Shown piece after piece: positions 12,436-26,929 of a stretch of 64,000 bases of DNA. The notes under the pieces are model-generated. The model saw nothing but the letters and a program-made list of their open reading frames with translations, was not told the DNA's origin and did no database searches. Origin of the DNA: Eledone cirrhosa (Eukaryota). A program made the position numbers and the translations under genes. The stretch covers positions 242,730,001 through 242,794,000 of the forward strand of contig OZ024743.1 in assembly GCA_964016885.1 (NCBI GenBank), read 5' to 3'. Each line of letters starts with the position of its first letter. Positions within the stretch are counted from its first letter, which is position 1.

Positions 12436-13812
12436 GGGTGTGTGTGCGAAGGTCTAAATTAATGTCTAAGAAGTCTAGACTTAGCTTCTACATTCAATGA
12501 GTTAGGCCTTAGGATAACAGTAGCCACCAACCTCTCTAGCGTAGACTTCTTAGACATTAATTTAGACCTTCGCGCACACACCCACAGACCCTTCCATAAG
12601 CTAAACGAGAAACTTAATTACATTCACAAGGACTCATGCCACCCTCCCACTGTTTTTAGAAACTTCGTTAAGAATATCAGTACTAGAATCTCAAACCTCT
12701 CCTCTAATAAGGCTATCTTTGACAGGGCGGCACCATACTATAACACAGCGTTGGCTAACAGCAGCTTCTCACAACCTGTCACCTACTCTCCCACTAGCAA
12801 CAACACCATTAAGAAAAGTAAGCGCATCAATAGACAAACTATCTGGTTCTCTCCTCCCTTCTCACTCAACGTTAAAACCAATGTAGGAAAAACATTTCTA
12901 GCCCTCATAGATAGACACTTCCCCATAGGTCATAAATACCGCTCAATCTTTAACCGACACAAAGTTAAACTAGGATACTCCTGCGCTAAGAACATGAAGG
13001 CCCACATCACTAGCAGCCCTAGGAGCAACACCCCACCAGGGTGCTCTTGCCGTAAGCCTGAAGCTTGCCCCCTTCAACAGCAATGCAACACACCAGCTGT
13101 AATCTATGAAGCTGTGGTCACTTCCAACCGACCAAACGAACCACAGGAGGTTAAATCCTATGTGGGCATGGCGGAGGGCCGATTCAAGGAGCGTTTCCTG
13201 AACCACCAGTCTACCTTCAGATACCCGGACAGACGTTCATCCACGAAACTCGCGAGCCACGTATGGTCCCTCAAGGACTCAAGTATAGGCTACTCCATTC
13301 AATGGAAAGCCATCACTAAGTCCAAGCCATACGCAAGGGGAAATCCGACGTGTGGCTTATGTATTGACGAACGAATAACTATCCTAAAGAGATTACGCAA
13401 TAGTGATTGCCTAAACACGAGAAGTGAATTTTTCACACGTTGTCCACACGTCACCAAACATCTATTGCATAACTACAAGGCTCCGTACTGATTCTTTGTA
13501 ATTTTATTTTTAATTTTTTTTATTTTATTTTCAACCTAAAAACTTTCCGGACTTTCGCAGTTATCTCCCTTACACCTCCCGCGCGCAGTCTATTATTGCC
13601 TGTGTGAAGTGACCGAGTTTCTGCGCATGCGCGTTCGTACGGTTGTCCTTCCTGTTCCTATAACCATACACATCCCGAGCTGAAGATCCGCGAAGGTGAA
13701 ACAATTGTTCTCAGTATGGTGAACTAACTGTTGTGTAACCACTTCTACCTAACTCGTCCTTTGGACTGAGTGCTCTACCGCTACGGATATTACCTTCCAG
13801 CGTTCTACCACT
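12436..13812 (+). mobile_element. 5'-truncated Penelope-like element (RT thumb + GIY-YIG + pLTR) with inverted 5' segment
   Basis: Open frame 12478-13491: VDFLDINL, HPP, WFSPPFS, CSCRKPEACPL..C, YVGMAEGRFKERFLNH, CGLC, RCPH. 12436-12477 is the reverse complement of 12542-12583. Ends in (TA)n. Confidence 0.92.
13663..13720 (+). ncRNA. Minimal type I hammerhead ribozyme in the PLE pLTR
   Basis: accauac..cgag-CUGAAGA-ucc/gcgaa/ggu-GAAA-caauug-UU-cuc-a-guauggu; palindromic stem III (ACAAUUGU). Confidence 0.7.
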
Positions 13813-13828
13813 ATATATATATATATAT

Positions 13829-13887
13829 ACGTGTGTTTATTGGCAATATTGGCAACAAGACTATCACCAAATATAACAATATATATA

Positions 13888-13923
<36 letters not shown>

Positions 13924-13973
13924 TATATATATTGTTATATTTGGTGATAGTCTTGTTTCCAATAAACACACGT
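13829..13973. repeat. Palindrome centred on (TA)n
   Basis: acgtgtgtttattgg...caagactatcaccaaatataacaatatatatactt-(TA)n-aagtatatatattgttatatttggtgatagtcttg...ccaataaacacacgt. Confidence 0.85.
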
Positions 13974-14304
13974 ACCACATAATTTTCACATTATCTTTAT
14001 CTTTATTGTTCTTTGTTCTTTTTCCTGGTATTAAACTTCTACTCTATCTTGTGTTCGTTTGTTTTGTGTGATATTTTTTCGTGTTTGCGCATGCGCTTGT
14101 GCCTGTGTGTGTGTGTGTGTGTGTGTTAAAAGAGAATGTGTGCGTGTGTGTGTGTGTTAAAAGTGACAAAGGTGCTGTGTGGTTACTAATAAATATTGTT
14201 TAGAAAACGTAAGAGAAACACAAGTCGAAACATCAGCGACCCACAGCAGACAGCCGAACAGTGGGAATTGTCCTTATGTTTGTGTTTCTCTTGCGTTTTC
14301 TAAG

Positions 14305-14592
<288 letters not shown>

Positions 14593-14629
14593 TATCAACT
14601 CGTGTGTTACTCTTCTACATTCGATATAC

Positions 14630-14728
<99 letters not shown>

Positions 14729-15050
14729 CTTACACACACCTATTTCCAGTGTGACCTGCCTACACGCAATGTGTAAATAGTATATAATAAATAAAATCGC
14801 TAATTGATATAAAATAAATAACCAACCGGATATCTATAATAAATTGAAGCGAAAAACAAAAGGTGCGTGTTTTTATTGGCAGCATGACACTCCCAAAGTA
14901 TAACAATATCTGTTTCAACACACGTTTTCAGATAATAAATCTTGCAAAACAAATTCAAAAACGAAATAATATAATATATACTATGTAATAAATAAATATT
15001 ATATATTCTTTTATATTTATATATATATGTATCATTTGATATTTAATATA

Positions 15051-15210
15051 ATTGTTTCTACTTTTGGCACAAGGCCAGCAATTACCCAGTACATTACTGG
15101 TACTTTATTTTATCGACCCCGTAAGGATGAAAGGCAAAGTTAACCTCGGCGGGATTTGAACTCAGACCGCAAAGGGACGTAACTATGCTGGAAAGCATGG
15201 CGTCCGACTC
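15051..15210 (-). mobile_element. tRNA-derived SINE (family A), 5' truncated
   Basis: High similarity to the 2980-3163 copy. Confidence 0.82.
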
Positions 15211-15242
15211 ATCATCCCTACCACCACCCCACTGCCCCTTAG

Positions 15243-15530
15243 GCTCCAGCGCCCACTTTGAGAACCTCTGCTCTAGATGATCATCCGTGGCTAGATTTGG
15301 GTTAGTTGGGAGAAGGTAGATTCGCAGCAATAAGCAAGAGAATATTTTTCGTGTTTGTTGCCAAAGATGTGGGTATTCTATTGCATTTTTTCCATATCTG
15401 AATCTGATCTTTCTTAGCGTCAAATATGGATTTTGTATCTTCTGAGAGCTCAATCAATTCCATCTGTACTTTTTTGTGAGCCATGGAGATATCAACTAGG
15501 TGAAGTTGAAATGCTAACTTGAGTATGATG
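15243..15530 (-). mobile_element. hAT (Charlie/SPIN-like) transposase remnant with TIR-like end
   Basis: VQMELIELS and AYCCESTFSQL (hAT dimerisation motif Y.CE..FS); CAGAGGTTCTCAAAGTGGG terminus-like sequence. Confidence 0.6.
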
Positions 15531-15544
15531 TCAGCAGCTCTACC

Positions 15545-17180
15545 TGGTGTGACTCTTTGATCTCTGAACTACGCAGCCTATCGAGTAACGTTACACCAAA
15601 GATCATTCAGAGGAATCCCATTTCGGCCGCTTGTATTCATGACCATGGGTATGGGTTGGCACGAATACCGAATTGAAGATAGTGAGTTAGGCTTTTACAC
15701 TTACCTCCCTTCTTCTGATTACTGAATGCTGGAGTTGGTGCAGTAATGCACCAACTCCTGCAATTCTTGCACTTAATTCCGCCTTCTGCCTTCCATCACT
15801 CGTGAACACGACCCCGAGATACTTGAACTTCTCTACCTGCTTCAGTGGAACTCCATTTACATGTAGAGTACATTGCTGGCTTCAATGAGAGGATGAGTGA
15901 CTGTTTTCGCAGCACTGATTTTCATTCCAGTCATGCAGCACTCGGCATCAAACCTATCAAGTGCAAGTCGGAGATCACCTTCTGTCGAGTTAAGTAACAC
16001 CATGTCGGCTGCAAATTCCAGCTGACTAATTTCACACCCGCCAGTCATGATACCACTTCCAACCTGACTGTGCATGTCAATCCCGTTCATGTAAATAATG
16101 AACAGGAGAGGTGACAGTACGCACCCTTGGCGGAGTCATACTCTCCACGTTGAATGATTTAGCATCATTTATTTGAACACAAATACTAGGGCATACGTAT
16201 AAAGACATCAGGGCAACAAGAAGCTGACCATCCATTCTATACTTACGCAGAACCTTCCGCGGCAGGTCTCGAGGAACGAAGTCATATATTTTTTTGAAGT
16301 CTACAAAACAAGAATATACCTCTTGGCAATACTCCTATGATTTCTCAAATACCTGTCGCTGTGTGAATATTTGGTCGGTTGTGCTGCGTCCAGGGCAAAA
16401 GCGGCACTGTTCCTCAGCTAGCTTGGACTCGACAAACTCCCTGCATCTCTTTGCCAGACACTTAGCATAGACTTTACCAAGAGGTTTAACAAGGTGATAC
16501 CTCTATAATTGGAGCAAACTCTTTAGTATCCTTTTTTGAAAATTGGGATTATCACCTCCGATTGCCATTGCTTGGGTGCTTTCAAGAGATCCAAGCCACC
16601 CAGCACACACGAGTCAACCAGAGAATACCTTCTCTATTTAAGACTTTTAACATCTGGGGCCGGATTTCATCTTCACCAGCGGTTTTGCCACATTTGAGCT
16701 CTTTAACTGCTCTTGTAACCTTAGCCTTTGAGAGAATATTCACCACTCCTAGATGTTTCATGTATATTTATGGAAGTCTCTGTGCTGGAAGAAGATGTTC
16801 ATAATATAGAGCCCATTGCTAGGAAGTCTAAGGCCTCCCCATTCGTATTAAGATCGAGGTTGAGATTCCTTCCAACCACTCCTTTCCATGTCAGCTTGTC
16901 AGTGCCAACATAGACATTGAAGTCTCCCATCTGGATATATGACTCAGTTTTAATGCTGCAGGGACTTCATCAAGGAAGGATCTGTATTCAGATTCTTTGT
17001 TAGGTTCATAAACTTGCATCGCCCATAGAGACCTATCTTTCAGCCTTAGCTTCAAGAGGAAAATCCTCCCTCCTAATGGGATCTAGTCCATAACACATTC
17101 TGACAGCCGTGGGCTTGTGTGTATCCCCACTCCTGCCCGTGCAGTCATTTCTGGTGTCACACCTCAATAGTGCAGTTTTT
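15545..17180 (-). mobile_element. Degenerate RTE-clade LINE (second family; APE + RT)
   Basis: GDFNVYVG (APE); LRQGCVLSPLLFIIYM, FAADMVLL, VEKFKYLGVVF. Confidence 0.8.
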
Positions 17181-17561
17181 ATCCTCTATCCAAAGGTTAC
17201 TACAACCAAGGTCTCCTAGATAATGGTTTTAAGAAAAAACTTAAATACACACCCAATCATTCCCAAGCCTGTCATACTGAAAATGCTAACAGGAACAGCT
17301 AGCGTGGAAGATAGACGTTAAACGATGATGATATATACATACATATATATACAATATGTATATTTATATGTGTATCTATACATATATATTTGTGTTTATG
17401 TGTGTGTGTGTTTATATTTACATTTATTCACATATATAGATTTATTTATGTATATATGTATATACAAATCTAATGATAAATGTAAATATATATATATACT
17501 CACACTCACACACACATATATATATATATATGTGTGTGTATGTATGTATATATCAAATATA

Positions 17562-18090
17562 ATATAAGAATGGTGTGCTCATGTACAGAGATGCTATAAA
17601 ATAGGATGAAGACCCTTAAAGAAGGAAAAAGAAGTTTCCATTGGCCGCTACAAGGAATGGAACCCCATAACTCCCAGATACTAGCTAGGCACTTTGAACC
17701 ATTAAGCCAAGAGACCATGACAACTCTTACCATCTTAAATCATATAGCTCAATCACAGCTTTTAAATGTCAACAAACATTGTGAATACTTAGCCGATCTC
17801 TCGGTCTTTTCCGAAGTGCTGAGAGTTTAAAGTTAATATAAAGAATGGTGTGTTCATGCACAGAGATACTATAAAATATCTTATAAAATAGGATGAAGAC
17901 CCTGTGATTCAGCTATCTAATTTAAGACGGTTAGAGTTGTCACGGTCTCTTGGCTAATGGTTTAAATTGCCTAGCTGGTATCTGAGTGATATGGGGTTTG
18001 ATTCCTCATAGCTTCTGATGGTAACTTCTTTTTCTAACTTTAAGGGTCTTATTTTATAGCATCTATGTGCATGAGTACACCATTCTTTAT
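17562..18090. repeat. About 275-bp tRNA-Thr-derived unit in partial tandem plus inverted arrangement
   Basis: Unit at 17562-17836, restart at 17837-17902, inverted copy at 17903-18090. A tRNA-like cloverleaf (17642-17716, minus) has a CCTAG/CTAGTAT/CTGGG anticodon arm. Confidence 0.7.
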
Positions 18091-18234
18091 GTTAGCTTTA
18101 TACCCTCAACTCTCCGTAAAAGTCCAAGAGATCAGCTACGTATATATGAAGACCTGACTTCCCAGAGGTACAAACCGAAGCTGAAGCATATAGACAATAT
18201 GCCCCCATCCCCTCCCACTTCAAAAAAGCACCCA

Positions 18235-18389
18235 GCCCACACTGTAAATGAGATTGGTGTTAGGAAGGACATCCAGCTGTAGAAATCAAGCTAAAATCAG
18301 TTACTGTATCAGCAAGACAAGGTCAACCGTCTAACCCATGCTAGCGTGGAAGAATGGGCGTAAAATGGTGATGATGATGATGATGATGA
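18235..18389 (+). mobile_element. SINE/LINE tail sharing the RTE 3' UTR
   Basis: GGTGTTAGGAAGG.CATCC...CCCATGCTAGCGTGGAA and a (GAT)n tail. Related pieces at about 26300-26500, 43930-44090 and 46157-46440 (-). Confidence 0.65.
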
Positions 18390-18544
18390 TATGTATATAT
18401 ATATATATATAAATATATTTAAAAAAAGGTACCTAACTGTACCAAGGATTTCACACATTTTCCAATATATATATATTCTTTTACTCTTTTACCTCTTCCA
18501 GCCATCCGGCTGAGGCCATTCTGGGGCACTGCCCTTGTTGCTAC

Positions 18545-18840
18545 AATTTCTATATCCAGCCTGCATTGGCTGACCATTGATGTAGGGGGGAGTTCATTAC
18601 TGCTCCCCTTAGGTTACCATCATTCCATGCTGTGGGTTCATCTGGGATCCTGGATAGCAGTGTCAAGATGTTTCTTGAAAACTTCCACGTCCACACCATG
18701 CAGATCTCTCAATTTTCTTGGTCGCTTATTAAAGAGTTGGGAGCCTTTGAACCCCAAGCTATTTCAATATCTGCTCCTTACTCTAGATGTGAAATACGGG
18801 ACATTTGGCACCACACAGTGACGACCTGATCGAGGTTTGG
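18545..18840 (-). mobile_element. CR1-like LINE 3' fragment
   Basis: Frameshifted QLFNK..RKLRDLHGVDVEVFKKHLD..SRIPDEP. Confidence 0.6.
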
Positions 18841-19296
18841 TCCAGCTCTCAATGCCAAAGTTTATTCATATTCTATATAAACTATTAATATCTGCAATAA
18901 TTTATCAGGAAAATGTCTAAAATGGGTTCAGGAATTGAAACATTTACATGGTTTCTAATTGGTATATCTTTATGAATGTACAGTATTAAAGCCTTTAATT
19001 TTAATGTGATGTACACATGCAGCTGTTATATACATTTTATGGTTTGATAGGCCTTATTAATTCGAATATTGATATTATCTTTATTGGTGGACAGATCGTT
19101 GTAAAAATTCACAGTATCATACTCATTACTTTTTAATCTGGTGCAGTCATATTACAACTTTGTACCTTTCAAGAATATCTTTTTCATACAGTTTGATGTG
19201 GAAAAGAACGTTGTGAGTTAATAGATGATGATGGTGATGATGATGATGATGATGATTGTGGTGATTATCATGAATATGCTGATGATTTAAATAAAA

Positions 19297-19353
<57 letters not shown>

Positions 19354-19803
19354 CAAAAACTGCAAGGGGTTCTTTTTTCTTCGTTTTTTTGTTTTTTCTA
19401 ATTTTTATTTCTGTATTTTACCAAGAAACAATACTGGAACATTTTGTTCAGAGCGTGGGAGTAGTTGAAAGAGAATTTTTTCCAAACAGATATATTGGAA
19501 TGAATAAGTGACAGTTTTGATTAATTGATGCTACAAAAAAAAAAAAAATCAGTTCTTGGAGTTATTCTTTCTTTCTTTCTTTTATTTCAAATAATGACAA
19601 TTATTTATTGATTAGAAAAAAAACAAACAAACAAACAAAAAATAATAAAACCAGCAATTAATCTTTCAAAACACTTGAGATTTGGATAAAATAAAGAATT
19701 TATCCATAATAATGATTGATTTGTTCCCACCCCACCCAGAAAAAAAAGACATTCGGTTTGATTTAGATTGAAATAATGTTTTCTTTATGTTGTTGTTTTT
19801 GAG

Positions 19804-19838
<35 letters not shown>

Positions 19839-19910
19839 CTTTCTTTTTTCACCTTGAATGCCACATTTTTATCTCTTCTGATTCTGAATGTTTAGAAATG
19901 AAAAAGGACA

Positions 19911-19946
<36 letters not shown>

Positions 19947-20099
19947 ACACATGTATATTTACATACATATATATATTTACATACATATATATACCTACAT
20001 ACATATACATACATATATATACATATATATGAACATATATATACATGCATGTATATATATATATATACATACATAGACATATATATATGTGTTATATGT

Positions 20100-20176
<77 letters not shown>

Positions 20177-21406
20177 GGTGTGTGTGACAACATAAAATAA
20201 AAAAAAAACAAAAAAAACAAAGGTCTTCAACAGTTTAAGTATTGTCACAAGAGTTATTTCTAATGAACATGCTGATCACCTGACAAAGTGAGATGACACC
20301 AGAACATGTACACTGGGTGGGGGGGGGGGAGAAAACTTAAAGTAAGCTGAAGTATTTTGGATAGAGAGAGGGGGAGAGAAAGAGAGAGAGACATAGGTGA
20401 ATAGGTTGGGTGAGGGGAGAAATTCTGACACTTTACAATAAAAGAAGAAAAAAAACAAATAAAAGGAATGGAGTATTCAGCTCACATGCATACTGCATAC
20501 ACACACCAGCATACATGCATATATGCACACATGCATATAGACATTTGCACAGAAACACATTGAAAGATATTTTGCAATGGGAAAATGAAAAAAATCCAGA
20601 ATGTATATTTATAATTAAAAGAAATGTAATCATATGAATGTATGTGTATGAGTGTATGTGTGTGTATATATATATATTTATATATATATTATGCAACCAC
20701 TGACAGCTTCAAAATACGTATAACAGAATTATGTAATAAAAAGATGTACACATAAAACTGTCTCGCTTATTCATAATATATATGTATATATATGTATATA
20801 TATATGTAGTGATGTATATATATATAGATAAATATAGACACACCGCTTATATATCAATTTATATATATATATGTTATAGATACTAAGTACACATATCCTG
20901 TTGCATATTATATATATATATATTCAATGAGGAACAGATGGTTATAACCACCTATAAACAAATCATAAACAGTTAGCAAAAATGATATTTACATCATTAT
21001 TGATGTAAATATAGTTATATGTATACATAGATGTGCACATGAAATTGTAGTTAGGTTTTATATATAAATACACACACGCACATATATATATATATCCATG
21101 CATGTATATATACATATATATATAAATATACATATACATACACAAAGGTTATTTCTGATATTAAAAAAATCCCTGCCTTAGATCTTAATCTTTTATAAGT
21201 TATTTTCTTTTTAAAAGAAAAGATGAAATGAAATAAATAACACATAAAAAATAAATAAGTCTGATGAGTTGATAGAGTTGTAATGAAAATAAGTAAAGCA
21301 GCAACAGACACATACAAAAGAACAGAGTTAAATGACCCTCTTATATTCAGATCTGAGGGGTCGTCCACATTATTTTTACTGACCTCTTTACTATTAGTCA
21401 GCATTC

Positions 21407-21458
<52 letters not shown>

Positions 21459-22340
21459 GATGCATATATATATATATATGCATATATTGTTTGTTTGTTT
21501 TGCATAAAATTTGAAAATTTGGGTTAGAAAGGGATACTTAGATTCCTGAAGTTGGGTGGGAAATTATCCCATTGTATATATTTGAGAGTATATGATAGTC
21601 ATGTTTTATTATATGATGTCATATTATATTTATATTATTAGGTGAACTCTTTCTTTTATTGTTTGGTTTGATATAAACAAAATAAAAAGGGAGAAATTGG
21701 TGTTTTAATGCCATAAGTAAATAAGGAGATATGTGAGCCCATAGCACAGCTGTCTTGCAAGAATATCGGTAAACAAGAGATATTATAAGAACTGAAGAAC
21801 CAGTAAGTGGCTACATACACATACATATATAAACACATTCATGCCATACACATATATATATATATATAAGGGAACCAACCACATGTTAGGGAAACTCTGG
21901 AATAACAGGCTGTTGGATCAGCCTAAATAAACTACTACAACCTAATAGCATACTGAGTACTTCTCCACTCATTCATATCTACATATACATTTAATGCTGA
22001 TAAATGTGAGAATACCTTAGTATAGAATAATAGTTTATTAAAGTTGAGTTTGTGGCCTGTTACTCTTGAGTTTCTCCTGTGTTACAGATCATCATATATA
22101 TATATATAAGTATGTATACGTGCATACATATATGTGTACAGACGTACAGTAGTATGTATATATATACATACATGCACACATATATATATATATATATACG
22201 TATGTGTTTACCAAACATTTATTATAATGTTCGCTTTGTTTGTAAACAAACAGCCCAAATTAAGCCGTACAGTGCTCGGCAACCATCGTAGCCCTTTTGT
22301 TCAACACTGACACAGGAACGATGTACTAGTTTCAAGCTTA

Positions 22341-22387
22341 TTAGCTATCATCAGCATCATATACCTTCCTGCCAGATGATTGAACAT
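22341..22387 (-). CDS. Speculative distal terminal exon (phase 1: DVQSSGRKVYDADDS*)
   Basis: Acceptor atactttcag|AT heads about 3.5 kb of TE-free, UTR-like sequence with a minus-strand AATAAA near 18860. No homology support. Confidence 0.25.
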
Positions 22388-23052
22388 CTGAAAGTATATA
22401 TTGTGTATATATATATATATATGTGTGTATACAGAGAGATAGAGAGAGACATATACATACACACACATATGTATGTATATTTACTTTTATATGTTAGCAT
22501 ATGACAAAATATCTAAATTATTAAGGTAATTATATTTAAACCTCTTTTCTGTAAAGTCTGAATAAATTATTTCATGTTTTATCAATATTAGTCAAAATAG
22601 TAAACTAGTGAGTTTTGAGTGTTGTAGTACCACAAGAATGTAGATGATGTCAAGTATTGGTTTGGTTTCAAACAGTGAACTTATTCCAATTTATTGATAC
22701 AGCAAATAAGTCATCATTAACATATTTACAAGGGATATTACATTATTCACTCTGAACTCTGCTGTTTGATCAGCACTTCGGTTATCAAAATACTGTCTTC
22801 CATTTTGAAGATTGTATCAGGATATTTGAGAGAAGTTCGACTGGCATACGGAACAGGCCAAGTAATTATTATGGAAACTTTCTCAAATCCAGCATGGAAG
22901 ACCCCAAAGATTGCCTAACCAAATATTTGATTGTCTACGTTTGTGGCATAAGCCTGCTTGATCAAAGAATCATTCACAATGACAACAAATTATTTTGTAT
23001 GTTATTGACTTGTATCTGGTAATCAGTACACCCAAATGTATTGTGTCACGAG

Positions 23053-23129
<77 letters not shown>

Positions 23130-24629
23130 GGTGGGGAATTCATCCTGCCATTAATCTTGAAGTAAAGGACTGGAGAAATGTTATGTCATCTTTGGCATCA
23201 AAATAGTAGCACAGCTTATAACATCATCAAGGGAATACTGTTTGCTTTAATGATGATAAAGGATAGTGTTGAAAATTATATGAAAGTGATTCGCACATAA
23301 TGAAAAATGTTTTGAGAATACTGACAACAAAAACTATAATTTCTCCACTGGATAATAATTTAGTAGACAAAATGTCTTTTCCTCAAATCCTAAATCACTT
23401 AAACAGCATTTTGGAAGATAGCAGAATATAAAAGTGTATTTTAAATAAAATAACCTAGCTGTTATAATTATAGATATCATCATTTCATTTAATTGGTAAT
23501 TTCTAAACATCCTTCCTAACATGTAGTCATGTGTTATATAATCCCTTAAGCAGGTGAAGCTGTAACAAAACCTTGACTTCATCATAACTTTTTCTAATAG
23601 CTACTTTATTGCAATGAATTGCCACTTCTATTACAAGCTGATATTATCTGCTGATCACAACACCTAGCAGAAGGAGCCAAGAGAACTCAGAATGAAAAGG
23701 AGGACTTAAGGCTCCACTATAATTTGCTGAAATCCTACCAGATTCAACAAGTCCATAAACTAATAATTAACTTTTATAACTTACTAGAGAAATTTAATGG
23801 GTCAATTTTTCAGTCACAGATTCTTCTCCATAATGGTAAAGCACTAATCTTTACATAACCTTTTTCAAGCTATTATCTATTTGATAATGGATTGCAAGCT
23901 AGAACCTAACGATTGCAAAGCAAACTTCTTAAACATTTAGTCATGCTATGTCTGTGCTTTATCTATGTATGTATAAAATGAAAACCTGAGTTAAGTCAGA
24001 ATAAACATGCAGGACCATATATTCCACTGCTTCTTCTCATTTTCATAATATTCAATATTCTTCATCGACAACAAGTCAGCAGTTAAAGAAACACTACTGT
24101 ACAAAGTAAAAAGTCTACTTAAGAAAAAAAGAAAAAAACAAGCTTAGTTCCATTGATATAAAGGTTGTAAGTTGTAGGGGCACTGTTGTATCTTTTAAAC
24201 TTTTTTGAGCATTTAAACCTAGCAAAGCCCATTCCTCTCCAGGTCTGAAAAAGACACTTTATTAAAAAAAAAAGATGGGGAGAGAGAGAGAGGGAGAGAA
24301 AGAGAATGAGTAAAAAGCAAGTGAGAAAGAGATATAGAGGAAAAATCAAAGCCCAGTACTAGGCTGGTACTCTATTGATCTCAAAAGAATGAAAGCAAAG
24401 TTGATTTGAATTCAGTTTTAAACTCAGAGCTCAGAGAACCAAAAGGAATACCACAAAGCATTCTATCCAACATTCTAACAACTCTGCCAATTTGCTGCCA
24501 AAATTTCATATAGCTTTAAATAAATTATTGGTTGATTGTACGCTGTTTGCTTTAACAATAAATCTAAAGATTTGTGGAATTTCATTACTGCAGTAATCAC
24601 CACCACACTTGTTCCTGTACACACTGCAC

Positions 24630-24957
24630 TGTAATCCTCTAGTGGCGTTGTTGGACTCCAATTTATTCCAATGACAACTGTCCCAGCTGGTTGATCAACA
24701 GAACAGCCTGCTTGTAAAATCAAAGTGCAAGTGACCACCAAGCATTCCAGAGACATATGCACCCTTAATGTAAATTCCCAAAGAGAGTCAGAATGACAAG
24801 ACTGACAAGGCTAGAACTTTGAATTACAAATACAACACATTTTTTTTCCCTAACTGAGTGGAATGGAGCAATGTTAAATAAAGTGTCTTGCTCAAAGACA
24901 CAGTGCAGCACTGGGAATCAACTAAATACCCTAACCACTAAGTCATGCACCTTCACA
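24630..24957 (-). mobile_element. tRNA/CORE-type SINE (family B)
   Basis: tRNA head, CORE-like CTTTGAGCAAGACACTTTA and body ...TAATTCAAAG...TTAAGGGT.CA. Relatives at about 32140-32295, 33590-34127 and 41850-42167. Confidence 0.65.
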
Positions 24958-25367
24958 GACCTCAAAATGTTTGACTATGTGACACATTGGAGATCAAATA
25001 AAAAAAATTACTGATGTAATTCTCATGTGAATGTGTTTAAAAAAATTCAAAATTTAGATAAAATATATAGCAAAAACTATTTTATTCTATTGCTCTCACA
25101 TTAGTATGGATTCTCTAAAGTCTTAAACTATATTTTAAACATCCATGATAGATCTATATGTCCTTTAATGTACACCAATCCACACCATCTAAATAACAGC
25201 TGAAACACTAATATAAAACCAGAAACAACAAACTTAATCCTACAAAAAACAAAATTCTACATTACTAAAAGACAAGGCTGCATACATACTACACCTGAGA
25301 AACACGGAGACACAGTAGAAATTAGTGTAACACTGCCAAAAAACATGATGATGATGATGATAATAAT

Positions 25368-25650
25368 AATTGTTTCTACATTTGGCACAAGGCCAGCAAT
25401 TATTGGTGCTTTATTTTATCGACCCCATAAGGATGAAAGCAAAGTTAACCTCAGCGGGATTTGAACTCAGAACGTAAATGGCCATAACTCTATGCTACAA
25501 AGCATGGTGTCTGACGCTCTACCGATACTGCCAATCCACCGATGATAATAATAATAATTGTTTCTACTTTTGGCACATGGCCAGCAATTTGAGAGGAAAG
25601 GAAATTTGATCATATCAACCCTAGTACTTAACAGAAACTTTATTTTATTC
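25368..25650 (-). mobile_element. Family-A SINE plus a second partial copy in an (AAT)n tract
   Basis: Same head, body and tail as the 2980-3163 copy. Confidence 0.75.
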
Positions 25651-26268
25651 ACAAAAATAAAAAAATAAAATATAAATTATATGGTATCGACAACACCAAC
25701 AACATGAAGAAGATATATGAAAATTTAAATGCAACCTAAAATATCTTTAATGCAAATTTATTTCTAGGTATGATCCCTCCATTGCCCCTTAACTCTTGGT
25801 AAAGTTAAAGGGATGCCACAATGACATACAGCATGTCTTGAGTTGGGTTAAAACACAGCCTATTTCTGAGAGAGAGAGAAACATTGGAGAAAGAATCAAG
25901 CCCAGTATTGAACTGGTATTTTATTTATCAACTTCAAACAGACAAAAGGCAAAGATCACCTCGGCGGGATTTGAACTCAAACCTCAGGAAAGTAGAACAA
26001 ATACCACAAAGTATTCTAGCCATTCTAACTCTTAGATATTATATTGAACCCAACAACTTCTGAGATTCTGCTGGCACCAGTTTCTGGAAATTATTCAACT
26101 AAGATTGATTTCATTCCTTCACACAATGATTTATTGATGACTAATAGTAAAGCTAAGTTGCAAAACCAAGGGAACCATAAACAATCAACCCATCTGGAAT
26201 TGATCTACAATCCAGGCATAATTATATGTATACACATAAACACATATATTTACATGCATCTTTGTCTC

Positions 26269-26302
<34 letters not shown>

Positions 26303-26647
26303 TGCTGGCACCATGATAAAATGCACCCAGTACACACTGCAAAGTAAAGGGGTTGTCATTGGGGAGAGCATCCATGTATAGAAACCCTGCCAAAAGTGGA
26401 ATGTATGAGCTAGACATGGTCACCTGACCAGTCTAGCCTCAAATTGTTGCAACCAGTCAAACCCATGAAAAAGAGAAAAATAGATGTTAAACAGTGATGA
26501 TGATAATATATGTGAGTGTGTGTATATACACACACACATGTATGTATGTCTGTATATAGAAACACACAGTGAAAACCCTAGTTTCTTGTGTAAGTGAAAA
26601 CTGATTTCACAAACCACCAATTGCTATATTACATATACATATGTGTA

Positions 26648-26712
<65 letters not shown>

Positions 26713-26929
26713 AGTAATAAGAATAAATGTGAAGACTAGAATCCAAAGAGTGCTCGATAAGGATAAATATATATCAAATATATAAGAACCCTAGAGCAAA
26801 TTTTAACTTCTGCATTCACAGATTGATTTTTTTAGTTTCAGAAGATCCCGTTAAGGGTGAAAGCAGCAATTCTTTGCTTAAGCTTTAATCTGTTATTTTA
26901 ATAAATATATATATATATATATATTAAAA

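Noticed and set aside
17642-17716. Functional tRNA-Thr gene
   Set aside because: Mismatched acceptor and T stems, altered B box, embedded in a repeat unit.
21990-22030. Further hammerhead-like traces (CTGATAA..GAGA; also about 2080-2112 and 14224-14243)
   Set aside because: Two or more core mismatches and no convincing stems.
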